From Malacoraja senta (taxonomy: Eukaryota), in the NCBI GenBank assembly GCA_038087875.1, contig JAXLNO010001854.1:1-64000 (forward strand): DNA of 64,000 nt, given 5' to 3'. Position numbers and translations under genes: made by a program. Shown here in pieces: positions 36,767-50,130 of the stretch. Numbering within the stretch: the first letter of the stretch is position 1; the number at the start of each line of letters is the position of its first letter. The notes beneath the pieces were generated by a model, which saw only the letters and a program-made list of their open reading frames with translations, was not told where the DNA came from and did no database searches.

Positions 36767-38021
36767 ACTGAAACGTTGCCTATTTCCTCCGCTCCATAGA
36801 TGCTGCATTTTTGTTTACCTACTAGAGGAGCGGCTTGGTTGTTATCATAGAAACATAGTCAATAGGGGCAGGAGGAGGCCATTCGGCCCTTTGAGCCTGC
36901 ACCGCCATTCATTGTGATCATTGCTGATCGTCCCCAATCAATAACCCGTGCCTGCCTTCTCCTCATATCCCTTGACTCCACTGGCCCACAGAGCTCTATC
37001 TAACTCTCTCTTGAATCCATCCAGTGATTTGGCCTCCACTGCCCTCTGTGGCAGGGAATTCCACAAATTCACAACTCTCTGGGTGAAAACGTTTGTTCTC
37101 ACCTCAGTCTTAAATGGCTTCCCCTTTATTCTAAGATGTATGTATTCTAGGATTCATGTATAGCCTTTCCACTGACTGGATAGCCCACACCAAAAAACCT
37201 CTTCACTGTTGGTCCGGCAAAACAGATAATCCAGAAAGGCACTGGAACCAAGGATGCTGGAAAATCAGTAGTGGAGATAACAGATATTGAAGGTAAATAT
37301 CCTGTATGCCTTCTTTACCACCTTAAATGTTGCCAATTTCAAGGATCCTCGTACTCCAAAGTCCCCATTCCTCAATACTCCTTAGGAATCCACCATTCCC
37401 TACGCATTCCCACCGTGAATAGCCCTCACCAAGTACTTCACCTCACACTGGTGAGGAATATATTCTATCTTCCATTGTTCTACCTACGGCATGTGTGTGC
37501 CTTTAAGAAATGTGTTCCGGGCCTCCTCCTTTGCCAGATTGAGGCTGTACATAACATGGAGGAACAACTCACTACCCAGTGATGTAAACATTGGATTCTC
37601 TGAGTTAAGGTAACTTCTACATATGCTCCCCTTCCTCCTCTCCTCCCCTCCCCCCTCCACTCTCCCACCCCCTTCTTGCACTAAAAGTCAGTTAACTAGT
37701 TCCACAGTTCACAATATATTCCTCAGATTCACACCATCCCTAGCAGATAATCAGCCTTTCAGTTAGATATAGCTCTAAGAGCTAACAGAATGAAGGGATA
37801 TGGGGAGAAAGCAGGAACGGGGTACTGATTCTGGATGATCAGCCATGATCATATTGAATGGCGGTGCTGGCTCAAAGGGCCGTATGGCCTACTCCTGCAC
37901 CTATTTTCTATGTTTCTGTACTGTCCTTGCCTGAGGTAATCTGTTGCTGGTCCTGATTTGTCCTGGTCCTTTCTTGCTTCCAATCCACCCCCTCCCACCC
38001 ACAATCAGTCCGAAGAAGGGT

Positions 38022-38210
38022 CCATGTTCTCCAGAGATGCTGCCTGACCCGCTGAGTTACTCGAGCACTCTGTGAAATGTCACCTATCCATGTTCTCCAC
38101 AGATGCTGCCTGAGCCGCTGAGTTACTCCAGCACTCTGTGAAACGTCACCTATCCATTTTCTCCAGAGATGCTGGCTCACCTGCTGAGTTACTCCAGCAC
38201 TTTGTGTCTA
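38022..38210 (+). repeat. Three tandem copies (about 65-70 bp) of the PLE-derived terminal repeat
   Basis: Repeated CCAT(G/T)TTCTCCA(G/C)AGATGCTG..GCTGAGTTACTC(G/C)AGCACT..GTGAAA(T/C)GTCACCTAT. Confidence 0.85.
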
Positions 38211-39124
38211 TCATTAAGAACCTTTGGTGCGACAGACCCTGGTTCGATCCTGACTACGGGTGCTGTCTTTACGGAGTTCGTATGTTCTCCCCGTGACCGC
38301 GTGGGTTTTCTCCGGGTGCTCCGGTTTCCTCCCACATCCCAAAGACATGGAGGTTTGTAGGTTAATTGGCTTCTGTACATTGTCCCTAGTGTGTAGGATG
38401 ATCATTGGCTGGAGCGGACTCGGTGGGCCGAAGGACCTGTTTCCACGCTGTATCACTCAACTAAACTAATTATTTGGTTTTGCAAAGCTTGAAGATGTAA
38501 GAGAAAATAAGGTGGAGTAATCTCCAAAGTTTAAAAGTTTTAATGTATCTGAGAACCAAGTGAAAATAGAATGTGAACACAGGGAATGTTGATGTTGGAA
38601 TCTGTAGCAAAACACAAAGTGCTGGAGTAACTCAGCAGGTCAGGCAGCATCTGTGGAAGGAATGGGCAGGCAAAGTCATTAGAATGGGCATCCAAAGATG
38701 TACAGATTATTGGCTTCTGTAAATTGGCCCTAGTGTGTAGGATACTACTAGTGTACAGGTGATCGCTGGTCGGCATGGACTCGGTGGGCCGAAGGGCCCG
38801 TTTCCACGCTGTATCTCTAAAAGCAAAACTAAAAGGTATGTAGCATGACTTTTGCGACATTTTGCATCAGCATCTTTTGATCATTTCAGTGTTCATCAGG
38901 ATTAAACACTGTTTGACTAGCAGTTTAGAAGCATAATTAGATCACAATATAGGAAGAGTTTACAGACCATACATGAGAAAACCATACATGAGAAGTTGCA
39001 CATTCCACGACTAATCATGTTTAAAAGAACGTATTAATCAAAATGCTAAACTGATTTCTGGACTTGTTGTGAATCTCACTTCTCCAATTCATTTGGATCA
39101 TTAGACTATTTATGGGAAACATCT

Positions 39125-39400
39125 GTCTAACCAGAACCAGCGACGGCTGGTAGGGTGGAAGGTGAGGACAAGGGGGATTCTGTCCTTGTTACGAGTAGGG
39201 GGATGGGGAGTGAGAGCAGAGCTGCGGGATATAGAGGAGACCCTGGTGAGAGCCTCATCTATAATCGAAGAGGGGAACCCCCGCTCCCTAAAGAATGAGG
39301 ACTTCTCCGATGCCCTGGTCTGGAACACCTCATCCTGGGTGCAGATGCGGTGTAGACGGAGGAATTGGGAGTGGGGGAGGAATGGGTTGAAGGGAGAATA
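39125..39400 (-). mobile_element. Penelope-like element RT C-terminal fragment
   Basis: PHSQFLRLHRICTQDEVFQTRASEKSSFFRERGFPSSIIDEAL..NKDRIPLVLTFHPT, a typical PLE thumb/linker. Confidence 0.85.
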
Positions 39401-39486
39401 CGAAAACAAAGAACTGCTGATTCTGGACATAAAATGCTGGAGTAACTCAGCAGGTCAGACAGCATCTCTGGATAGAAGGAATGGGT

Positions 39487-39514
39487 GACGTTTCGGGTCG
39501 AGACCCTTCTTCAG
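39487..39514 (-). ncRNA. Minimal hammerhead ribozyme core (PLE-type), intact
   Basis: Reverse complement CTGAAGA-A-GGGT-CTCG-ACCC-GAAA-CGTC: CUGANGA core, stem II, GAAA, palindromic ACGU stem III, GUC cleavage triplet, GU/AC short stem I. Confidence 0.65.
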
Positions 39515-40180
39515 ACTGCTCCACTGCAGATGCTGGTCTACACAAAATATCTGAGTGGGACAGTATCTCTGGAGAACATGGATAGGCAATGTTTTGGGTC
39601 GGTAATAATGTTAATTGTATCCCTTCGTTATAATCTCTTCCCCAGCCAACAATGGGCCATTATGGGCTCCACCCTTCCTTGGTCATCTGTTGCTGGCCCT
39701 GATTTGTTCTATATTGGTCCGTGTGTTTAAGAGAGTTAGATTTAGCTCCTAGGGCTAATGGAATCAAGGGATATGGGGAGAAATCAGGAACAGGGTACTG
39801 ATTCTGGATGATCAGCCATGATCATATTAAATGGCGGTGCTGGCTCAAAGGGTCGAATGGCCTACTCCTGCACATATTTTCTATGTTTCTATTCTATTCT
39901 TACCTCCAATTCCCTCCCCTCTATTTTCAGTCTGAAGGAGAGTCCCGACCCGAAACGTCACCCACGTTAGAGCTGCTGCCTTACAGCGCCAGAGACCCAG
40001 GTTCGATCCACATTATGAGTGCTGTCTGTATGGAGTTTTACGTTCTCCCCGTGACCTTTGTGGGATTTCTCCAGGTGCTCCGGTTTCCTCCCACATGCCA
40101 AAGACGCTAGGGTTTTAATTGGCTTCGGTAAAAATTATAAATTACCCCGAATTGGTAAAGCTGCATCAATCTTCAGATAA

Positions 40181-40692
40181 ATGCAGCCAATATGGTCTAG
40201 TGGTGGGATATCCAAGATGCTAAAAGTCAAACTCTTCCAGTCCGCAGTCCTCCCTACAGCTCTCTGTGCCACTGACATATGGAAAATCAATGTGAAGATG
40301 AAAAAGAAATTGGATGCATCCCAACAACGCTGCTTGAGGAGGATCCTGAAGACTAGCTACAGAGACCACATCACAAACGAGGAGATCTACCGGGAAACTG
40401 CAACAACGCCTCTCAGCCAGGACATGGAGGGATGCAGGATGAAATCTGCAGGACATGTACTCAGAATGTCAGCAGAACGTGCACCTAAGATAGCAATGAC
40501 ATGACAAGCTGACGGAAGAAGGAAAAGAGGCCGACCAAAACTCACATGAGGTGAACATTGTGGTAGGATTTGGAAGCCCGGGACGCTAACCTATCGAGGG
40601 TGGAAGACGTCGCACATAACCGAACAGAATGGCGAAAGCTTGCTGCCCAATGCACTCAACAGTGTGGGAGGAACTAAGTCTAAGTAAGTAAG
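40181..40692 (+). mobile_element. RTE-clade LINE 3' fragment inserted in an HE1-like SINE
   Basis: KVKLFQSAVLPTAL..QQRCLRRILKTSYRDHITNEEIY..AGHVLRM..GRRKRGRPK; (TAAG)n tail. Confidence 0.85.
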
Positions 40693-41504
40693 TGTGTGTA
40701 GGATAGCGTTAGTGTGCGGGGATCGCTGATCGGCATGGACTCGGTGGGCTGAAGGGGCCGGTTTCCGTGCTGTATCTCTAAACAAAATAAAAAAATTACC
40801 CATCGTTTTTCTCCAGATATGTTGCCCGGCCCATTAAGTAACTCCAGCACTTTGTGTCTATCTCGATAATGTTATTGATGGGAGTTACCATAAATAGTGC
40901 GTGAACAGCTTATTGGGAAATCAGACTTGTGCTTGGATCTGTGATGTTTAAGAGATGGCTGTACTCCCAATACCTAATCCATACCATGGAACCAAACTCA
41001 GAACAACAAATAAACAACATGCAGAGAGCAGCGGTTAAGGTCAGAGCAGACAAATAACAGCCGCCAAAGCCTAGTGCGTTAAATGTCTCAAAACTTTATT
41101 TCAAAAAACAAATTGATGCACTGAAATTCATTAATAATAGCTATTTTCTTAAAAACTAATTAAAAACAGGGAATATTCAAAACTATTTACAAAAGTATAT
41201 ATACAGAAGGTTTCACTGATACCGCAGGCAATTTGTGTTTAACATCTGTGTCCAATACCGTAGATCCATTTTCTTTTCACATTAGTGCACTCAATGCTGA
41301 GAGAAAGGGCCGAGATTTTGAAACTTTCATGTAGGTGGTGGTTCGGGGCAGTCCGTGTCTGATGAACATATTAGTTACTGGTGTTTCAGCTAAGGTGGAC
41401 CGGATGAAGGAAGAGAGGGGAAAAAAAGAGTAGGAACTCCAGATCTTTGTTTGTGAGCTTCTTCGAACACCTGCTCACTGGAGATCATAGGCACATGGTT
41501 ACCG

Positions 41505-41735
41505 AGAGGGAGAGAGAGAGAAAGAGATAGAGAGAGAGAAAGAGACAGAGAAAGAGAGACAGAGAGAGAGAGAGAGTGTGACAGTGAGTGAGTGAGTGTG
41601 ACAGTGAGAGAGTGAGTGTGAGTGAGTGTGTTAGTGAATGTGAGTGAGTGTGAGTGAGTGAGAGTGAGTGAGCGAGTGTGAGTGAGTGAGTGAGTGTGAG
41701 TAGATGTGAGAGTGTGAGTGAGAGAGTGAGTGTAG
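41505..41735. repeat. Compound (GA)n/(GAGT)n microsatellite
   Basis: Direct inspection; other microsatellites at 19962-19992 (CA)n, 32750-32880 and 44330-44500 (CT-rich). Confidence 0.95.
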
Positions 41736-43301
41736 TGGTCGTTTGGCTTAATTTTTTGTGTCATAAATTATGGAATTTGCCTTTAAATGTTGTCTGCCAG
41801 TAATTATGTGGGTGGGATATATTATGTAGTCGGAGGCGTGTTTGCTGCTGGGATTCTTGGAAGAAGCTTATAGGTTTTTATTTAGTTCGGAGTAAGCATG
41901 GTGGGACAGTATAGCTTTCGACCAATGGTCAGAGCTTTCCAACACCAAAGACGTTTTCTAATGTTTCGGAGCCACATGCTGGAGTTTGACGAAGATTAAA
42001 ATGTACTTATCAAGAAGAGGTTTAGATGAATATCTGACTGTTTTACTTTGACAATAAAGAAACTATTAATCAAGAGAGTTTGTTTTGATGATTTATCTTT
42101 CTACGGCTTTGAATGTCTCGTGGAGAGTTCCCATTCGTAAAACGACGCTATCTCCTCACCCCGTGTCTTTTCCTAGTGGCTAGAGGGAGCAAATCCTTGA
42201 ACAATATAATAATCTGCCATTATATCGAGTCGAAAGCTACCTTACAGTCAGGAGGTGGTAGAAGAGGGACAGATTGGCCTGGATCTCTGGAGAGAGATTA
42301 CGCCCGAAAATTAGTACCAGAAGAGGAACTGAAGACTGGTTCCTTGGAAGAGGAACTGAAGAAAATAGATCTCGGCCAGCCAGGTTTACTCCTGGAGCCT
42401 TTTCCATGACTGGATATAGCCACAAGGCAGTGGAGGTTTTAAATCAGAGTTTTCCCTCTCCTAGATGGACTGCCTTCCCAGGCTGACGAGCCCCATCTGC
42501 CCGAGACTCGTGGGGACGGGAGCGTCTACCTTCCCGTGCAGGTCTATAGCACCTGCCCACTGCCCAGAATCTTGTGTAGAACAACTATTCTACTATGTTG
42601 AATTCAGAAGCTGGAATGTTTACTTCAGCTTCTGAAGAGTCTGGAGAAATTTAGTTCTGCTAAAGTTTGGAAAGAAGCCAAGAAGCTTGTTCGCTTGCCA
42701 GCCTGGAAAACAGGAAACAAGCCACGCAACAAGGTGCTGGAATGGAAGAGGTGATTACACCACAAGATAATATTTCAAATGTATCTACACAAAGATCAGG
42801 ACATAAATCTGGTTCTATAGCCAGTAAAGCATCAAGGGCCTCTGCTCGAATGGAAGTTGAAGTTGATCTAGCTGCACTCTCAATAGAATCAAATACCTTG
42901 GAGAAGAAACATGAGATTGAGCGACAAGAAAAACAGCTGAGAGAAGAGATGAGGCGACAAGAAGAAGAGTAAAGGTAACGAAAAGCACACCTGGAACTAG
43001 CCACAAAGTTGGCGGTTGCCAAATCGATGATGGAGATAATGAAAAGTGAGGGTTTGTAGATTAACCCTTATTGATCCATGCCATTTATAATCTCCACTAC
43101 ACATATGTCCATGCCACCGTTTACATGGTATTACGGTACTACACAGCTTTACATTAGCAAGGTCAGCTTGCTCTCGCTCGCTCTCTCACACAAACCACGC
43201 TGAGCTGAATGAGAATGGCTGGCAGTTTAAATGTTCCTGTATACTTATGGAATAAAGACTGATCTTTTACCATATGTATTAGTGTGGATTAATCATAAAC
43301 A

Positions 43302-43320
43302 TGGTGTCAGAAGTGGGATT
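43302..43320 (+). promoter_or_regulatory. Primer-binding site complementary to the 3' end of tRNA-Leu(CAA)
   Basis: TGGTGTCAGAAGTGGGATT directly after the 5' LTR; polypurine tract AAGAGGAAGGA at 50531-50541 precedes the 3' LTR. Confidence 0.85.
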
Positions 43321-43636
43321 GAGCCATGCAACAATTTTAGTTGTTTTTTTACAAGAACCATCGCTCGCTTATTATGGCAGAGTCTTTTCGTAAACCAGAT
43401 CCTTTAATGTTCGACAGCGAATTTGCCGAACGTAGGCACATCGTCGAAGTGGAATTTGTAATTTTCATAGATGCTGCCCACCCAGGGACTGCTCCATAAC
43501 TGTCGTAACTGCTGTGGCTCACACCCGAAATTCTGTGAGCAATGCCCCACTTATGACAAAACTTGCCACTACTGTAAAAAGAAAGGCCACTTTATCCGGT
43601 GCTGCCACGCTCGTGGCAACAGGGCCCAGTCACAAC

Positions 43637-46456
43637 CAAAGATTATAGAGCAAGATGCGCCACTCAGCGAAAAACGCGTAGTATGATGTGAGTGATTGTC
43701 GACGCCATTTTATAGGGCATTTTATAGGGCTGCCCGCATACTGTCATGGCGTCCACATCTACAGCTCGGCGTAAATTGCTCTAATCACCGATGTTGACAA
43801 CTCAACCTGTCTTTCTTCAGGTTCCCCAACAACAAAGAAAGGTGAGGAAATATTATTGTTTTCTGTCGACATCATTTTGTCCTGAAAATGTTATTTTTTG
43901 TTCCCCTATCGACACTCATTGGGAAACTAGGGTTGTTGGTACATTAGAAAGATACTAGATTTTTTTTAATAGATCTCAACTTACCACAATAATAAAGTCA
44001 GCAATTTTTGTTCTTCTGTACATTTTTCTTTTGTTTCTGTACGGCAGGAGTCTCCAAAATATGGTCCGTAGGGAGAGGGAGAGAGAGAGAGAAGGGGCAG
44101 AGAGAGATGGGGAGAGAGACACATCAGGCCCATCACAAGATTTTAACCTCAGATTCGAGTCGGGGAGCGCAGCGACCCGGGGCTGCTCTTAGTGTAGTTA
44201 CCGATTAGATCCCTCGAATTGTCAGAGCCGAGACATCGCTGGGCCGCCGTGAAGAAGGGTGCAATGGTGCGGTGCGGGGTTCGGCGGCGGTCAAAATGGG
44301 ACGGCTGTGCGTTATAACGTTCCATCGTTCCTCTCTCTCCCCTTCTCTCTCTGCCCCCTCCATCTCTCTCCCTCTCTCCCTGTCTCTCTCTGCCCCTTCT
44401 CTCTCTCTCTCCTCTCCCTGTCTCTCTCTATCTCGGTCTTTGCCCCATCTGCCTTTCTCTCTCTCCCTCCCCTCTCTCTCTGTCTGTCTCTGCCTGAGAG
44501 TTGGTAGTCCTGCTAGTGTCTTAGGTCCAAAAGAAGATAGAAAGAAAATACTTTAAATGGTCTACATTAGAAGTTTTAAATAATCTCTTCTACATTAGTG
44601 GCAAAATGCATCTTCAATATACAGGTCTCTCCCCACAACTGAACAATTGCACTTAAATGATATATCATCCGTTCTGCAGATATGTAGTTATAACTACATT
44701 TTTTCCTTCTTAGTTAATCCAATATGAGATTTTCTGTAATTTCAGATGTCGACAGCGGGTCCAGAATACTCGTCGACAAGATCTCCACCACCAAACTCTG
44801 GTGTACTTGTCAACCACCTGCCGTTTTTGTTCTGAACACTGAACTTGACTAGTTTTCCAACAGGCAGACCAATGACAGGCTAAATTGCAATGCAGTTCCA
44901 ACGCTATTTGAAATCCCGAACACGCCGAAACGTCTGTTTTCCCAACTCAAGAGGAAGAATGAGAACCTCCCGTTACCCACACAAAATTGTGCAAATGACG
45001 ATTTATTTATTATTGTATATAAGTTGGAAATTTTGTTCTTTGGGGTAAGCAAGGGGTGGGGCTATCATTGTCTGAAATATGTTGAATTTTACATCACTTT
45101 CAAAACACTGCAACCCCCTGTATATGTCGTGAACAAAATGATGTGAATTATGTAAATATTACCATAAATGACGGAAATAAAAAGTGTTTTCATTGTTTAT
45201 AAAGTTCAAGTTAGAGTTATTTGAAATTGTGGAGGTTAGTGCAATATAGGGCTGACCCACAAATGTGTCGTTATGAGACATTCATATTTTAAAAATCCAT
45301 GTCTCAAAAAAAAGCAAGAAGTTCCCCATATTATTTGACCTTATCGACTGAATTTAAATATGTAGGTATGTATGCACTACATTGTATGCTAATATAGAAT
45401 GAAAGAATGGAAAAATATTTTGACATTGTGTTCATGGATGTAATATNNNNNNNNNNNNNNNNNNNNNNNNNNNNNNNNNNNNNNNNNNNNNNNNNNNNNN
45501 NNNNNNNNNNNNNNNNNNNNNNNNNNNNNNNNNNNNNNNNNNNNNNNNNNNNNNNNNNNNNNNNNNNNNNNNNNNNNNNNNNNNNNNNNNNNNNNNNNNN
45601 NNNNNNNNNNNNNNNNNNNNNNNNNNNNNNNNNNNNNNNNNNNNNNNNNNNNNNNNNNNNNNNNNNNNNNNNNNNNNNNNNNNNNNNNNNNNNNNNNNNN
45701 NNNNNNNNNNNNNNNNNNNNNNNNNNNNNNNNNNNGGTTGCTAAAGAAATTAGAGGAAATCTGAAGAAAAACTAGAGAAATATGTCAAGTCAAGTCAAGT
45801 CACTTTTATTTATATAGCACATTTAAAAAACAACTCTCACACAACGCCACGCGTTAGGCATACGCCGTCAAGATGCCGCGTACGATACCAAGACGCTGCG
45901 TACGCCCGTCGAGACGCTGGGTACGCCCTCAATGTGCCTGCAGGCCGACAGGCCGTTGTCGCGCGGGATGTTTGGACAGTGCAAGAATTTTCAAGCGACC
46001 ACATTTGGTCGCGCTAGACACATGCAATCGCATGCTGGTGGGGACAGGCCCTTAACTTGCCTCTCACACACAGGCACACACAAACACACATTCATATAAA
46101 TATATATATAAGTTAAAGTTAATTTTGTGCACAGTGTGTGTTAAAACAATACAATGCAAGGGAAACTACGCAAAGGTGGCGGCTGGGGAGGAAAGATGGG
46201 AGGGAAATGGGGGAACAGGGGGAAAACATTTACAATAAAATGAACTAAAATATGTGAGGTGATAGATGCGCTATATCAAACACTGTTCCCTACAACACTG
46301 ATTACACCAAGGATGATAGAGCGAGTGCACAGCGGGAGGCATACCGGAAGTCGCGTTTGGCTTAAACAAATGGCGGCCGTGACGTTACGTTACGTACGAC
46401 ACGTCAGCCCATTGGATTTCGGAGGAGTGGTCTATCTTGCCCCTCTATAATCTTTG
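43637..46456 (+). mobile_element. THAP-domain DNA transposon remnant, P-element superfamily-like
   Basis: TIRs CAAAGATTATAGAG(GG)CAAGAT..CCACTC; 8-bp TSD GTCACAAC (43629-36, 46457-64); acceptor-led THAP C-terminal half at 44746-44935 (RCRQRVQNTRRQDL..CRFCSEH..RLNCNAVPTLFEIP, with a frameshift and a stop). Confidence 0.85.
45447..45735. other. Assembly gap (N run), inside the P-like element
   Basis: Run of N. Confidence 1.
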
Positions 46457-46821
46457 GTCACAACAATCTCTCTATGCGCTCCAGCTCACAATTTGCCATG
46501 AGGCACTGACTGAAACAGCAGTTCCAGCAGAACCACGACCTGAGCACCTGCAGGAAGACAGGCAAATCATACATTCCTGTGTACCGGACTCATCATCCAC
46601 AAAGTGAATCCATGACAATGCTCAGTGTCAACAATACCAAAGTTGCTGCAAAGATGTAATGTCATGGCTTTATCAGACTTCCAAAGAATTCACAACAACG
46701 AAACAGTCATGAAAACAAACTCCAAGTTACATCCATTTATGGGGGGGAATTGCAACCGGTTGGTAAGGTCACATTACAATGCCATCTGCAATCTCAGGTT
46801 TACAATGTGGATTTCTTCATT

Positions 46822-47390
46822 GTTGGCTTGGTACGGCAACCTGAGCTTCAAGGAGCTGAAGAGGCTGCAAAAAGTAGTAAACACTGCCCAGTCCATCATC
46901 GGCTCTGACCTCCCCACCATCGAGGGCATCTATCGCAGTCGCTGCCTCAAAAAGGCTGCCAGCATCATCAAGGACCCCACACCATCCTGGCCACTCACTC
47001 ATCTCTCCGCTGCCATCAGGTAGAAGGTACAGGAGCCTGAAATCTGCAACATCCAGCTTCAGGAACAGCTACTTCCCCACAGCCATCAGACTATTAAACA
47101 CAACTTCAAACAGGCTCTGAACTATAACAGCCTATTGCACTTTATATGTTTATTTATGTGTGAATATTCTATGGTATCTGGACACACTGATCTGATCTGA
47201 TCTGCATTTATGCCAACAATATTCTGTTGCGCTGCAACAAGCAAGAATTTCATTGTCCTATCTGGGTCAGCCCATGATCATATTGAATAGCGTTGCAGGC
47301 TCGAAGGGCCGAATGGCCTACTCCTGCACCTATTTTCTATGTTTCTATGACAATAAACTCTCTTCTTGACTTCTTGTTAGTGGGGAAGTG
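46822..47390 (+). mobile_element. Rex1/Babar LINE 3' fragment (others near 30840-31330(+) and 60730-60910(-))
   Basis: AWYGNLSFKELKRLQKVVNTAQSIIGSDLPTIEGIYRSRCLKKAASIIKDP..LPSGRRYRS..FRNSYFPTAIRLLN. Confidence 0.85.
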
Positions 47391-49057
47391 CCGCTCCTTC
47401 TGGGCATTGATGCATGCCGCGATATGAACTTAGTCTCCCTCGGCAAAACTGTGTACCAGCTGTCTACCTCTCAAAGTCCCACCCAACAACTACTCGAATA
47501 ATACAAAGACATTTGTGATAACCAGCTGGCCAAGTTTCCCACAGAATACAGCATTGTAACCGACAAGGAAGTCATACCTGTTGTTCGTTCTCCTCACTGA
47601 ATCCCGCACGCAATGAAGGACCGCGTCAAAGCTGAACTTGACAGAATGGTAACACTGGGTGTGATAGCCCCTGTCAATGACCCCTCCTCCTGGGTCTCCA
47701 CCATGGTCGCAGCAGTCAAGAAGAACAAAAACGAAATAAGGATTTGTATTAACCCTAAAGACCTACACACTGCCATCAAATGACCACACCACCCGATGCG
47801 GACGGTGGAAGAGGTCGCAGCCAGCTACAGTTTTCTCTGTCCTAGATGCAAAGAACTCATTTTGGCAAATACCGCTCGACCATGCATCCTCCATGTTAAC
47901 CACATTTGCAATGCCCTACGGACGCTGCCGATTCTTACAAATGCCATTTGGCATCAATTTAGCCAGTGAAGTTTTCCAATGTACTATGGAACAACTCTTT
48001 ACTGGCTACCCGTGCACCATAATCATGGATGACATCCTGATCGCCGGGCGCAACAGGTCCTGGATTGTGCCAGATAAGTCAATCTCAAACTCAACCCCCT
48101 CAAGTGCAGGTTTCGGGTCAAGGAAGTGACTTATGTGGGACACGTGTTTACCAACAACGGACTCAGGCCAGACCCATCTAAAACCATTGCCATCAACGAA
48201 ATGGCAGCACCTATGGGTGGGATGTGACAGCTCTACAACGATTTCTAGGCACGGTAAACTACCTGGGAAAATTAATCCCAAACTTCAGCGAGCTGTCTGC
48301 CCCACTGTGACAACTGACCACCAATCATACACACTGGTCCTGGCACCAGCACCAGCACCAGCATTTGAAACCTGCAAACAACTAATGTCTTGCGCTCCAA
48401 CCCTCACATACTTTGATGCCGAGTTACCCGTTACCCTCACCAGTGATGCTTCCCAGTATGGACTGGGCAGCACTTGCCTACAAGACGACGGGAAGGGTCA
48501 CAGACCAGTTGCCTATGTCTCCCGCACCATGACCGACACTGAACAGCGCTACGTTCAAACTGGGAAGGAGCTACTCGCATTAACTTTTGCCTGCAAGAAA
48601 TTCAAGGAGTTTATCTTTGGCAACCCGATCACAGTTGAAACCGATCACCAGCCCCTGGTCAGTATCCTCAGTAAACGGCTCACGGCACCAGCGAGTTTAC
48701 AACGCATAATGATGGAACTACAGAGATATGGCCTCAGACTAACCTACAAATGCGGTAAGGACATGCACTTAGCTGACACCTTCTCATGGGCACCTCACCC
48801 AACCTGCGAAAACCACCTGTCTGATGATGAGCAAGAGGGGTACATGGTTATGATGGTCTCTTGCCTTCCATCTGTGGACTTAGACATCCTAGTGGCACAA
48901 ACAGCTGCAGACGAAACGCTACAATCGCTGGTCACTACGGCTGGCCAGACAATCAGCACCACCGGCCGCAGGCTGTCCACCTATTCTACCCTGTCCGCAA
49001 TGAACTGGTCATTCAAGATGGCATTATAATGAAAGGACATAAGGCAGTTATCCTTAA

Positions 49058-50130
49058 ACTGTGACCCCTTGTTCTGGACTTCCCCAACATCGGGAACAAT
49101 CTTCCTGCATCTAGCCTGTCCAGCCCCTTAAGAATTTTGTAAGTTTCTATAAGATCCCCCCTCAATCTTCTAAATTCTAGCGAGTACAAGCCGAGTCTAT
49201 CCAGTCTTTCTTCATATGAAAGTCCTGACATCCCAGGAATCAGTCTGGTGAACCTTCTCTGTACTCCCTCTATGGCAAGAATGTCTTTCCACAGATTAGG
49301 AGACCAAAACTGTACGCAATACTCCAGGTGTGGTCTCATCAAGACCCTGTACAACTGCAGTAGAACCTCCGTGCTCCTATACTCAAATCCTTTTGCTATG
49401 AATGCTAACATACCATTCGCTCTCTTCACTGCCTGCTGCACCTGCATGCCTAATTTTAATGGTACACAAAAATACTGGAGAAACTCAGCGGGTGTAGCAG
49501 CATTTATGGAGCGAAGGAAATAGGCAACGTTGAGTTTCTACAGCATTTTTGTGTACCAGCGATTTTCCAGCATCTGCAGTTCCTTCTTAAACACTTTGCC
49601 TACTTTCAATGACTGGTGTACCATGACACCCAGGTCTCGTTGCATCTCCCCTTTTCCTAATCGGCCACCATTCAGATAATAGTCTACTTTCCTGTTTTTG
49701 CCACCAAAGTGGATAACCTCACATTTATCCACATTATACTGCATATGCCATGCATTTGCCCACTCACCCAACCTATCCAAGTCACCTTGCAGCCTCCTAG
49801 CATCCTCCTCACAGCTAACACTGCCCCCCAGCTTCATGTCATCTGCAAACTTGGAGATGTTGCATTCAATTCCCTCATCCAAATCATTAATATATATTGT
49901 AAATAGCTGGGGTCCCAGCACCGAGCCTTGTGGTACCCCACTAGTCATTGCCTGCCATTCTGAGAAGGACCCGTTTACTCCTCTTTGCTTCCTGTCTGCC
50001 AGCCAGTTCTCTATCCACATCAATACTGAACCCCCAATACCGTGTGCTTTAAGTTTGCATACTAATCTCTTATGTGGGAGCTTGTCGAAAGCCTTCTGAA
50101 AGTCCCGATATAACACATCCACTGGTTCTC
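49058..50130 (-). mobile_element. CR1 LINE RT fragment within the Gypsy element
   Basis: FQKAFDKLPHKRL..GVPQGSVLGPQLFTIYINDL..SKFADDMKL..HLEYCVQFWSP. Confidence 0.92.

Noticed and set aside
38022-38210. CRISPR-like repeat array
   Set aside because: Contiguous tandem units with no unique spacers, vertebrate context, and a match to a dispersed PLE-derived repeat.
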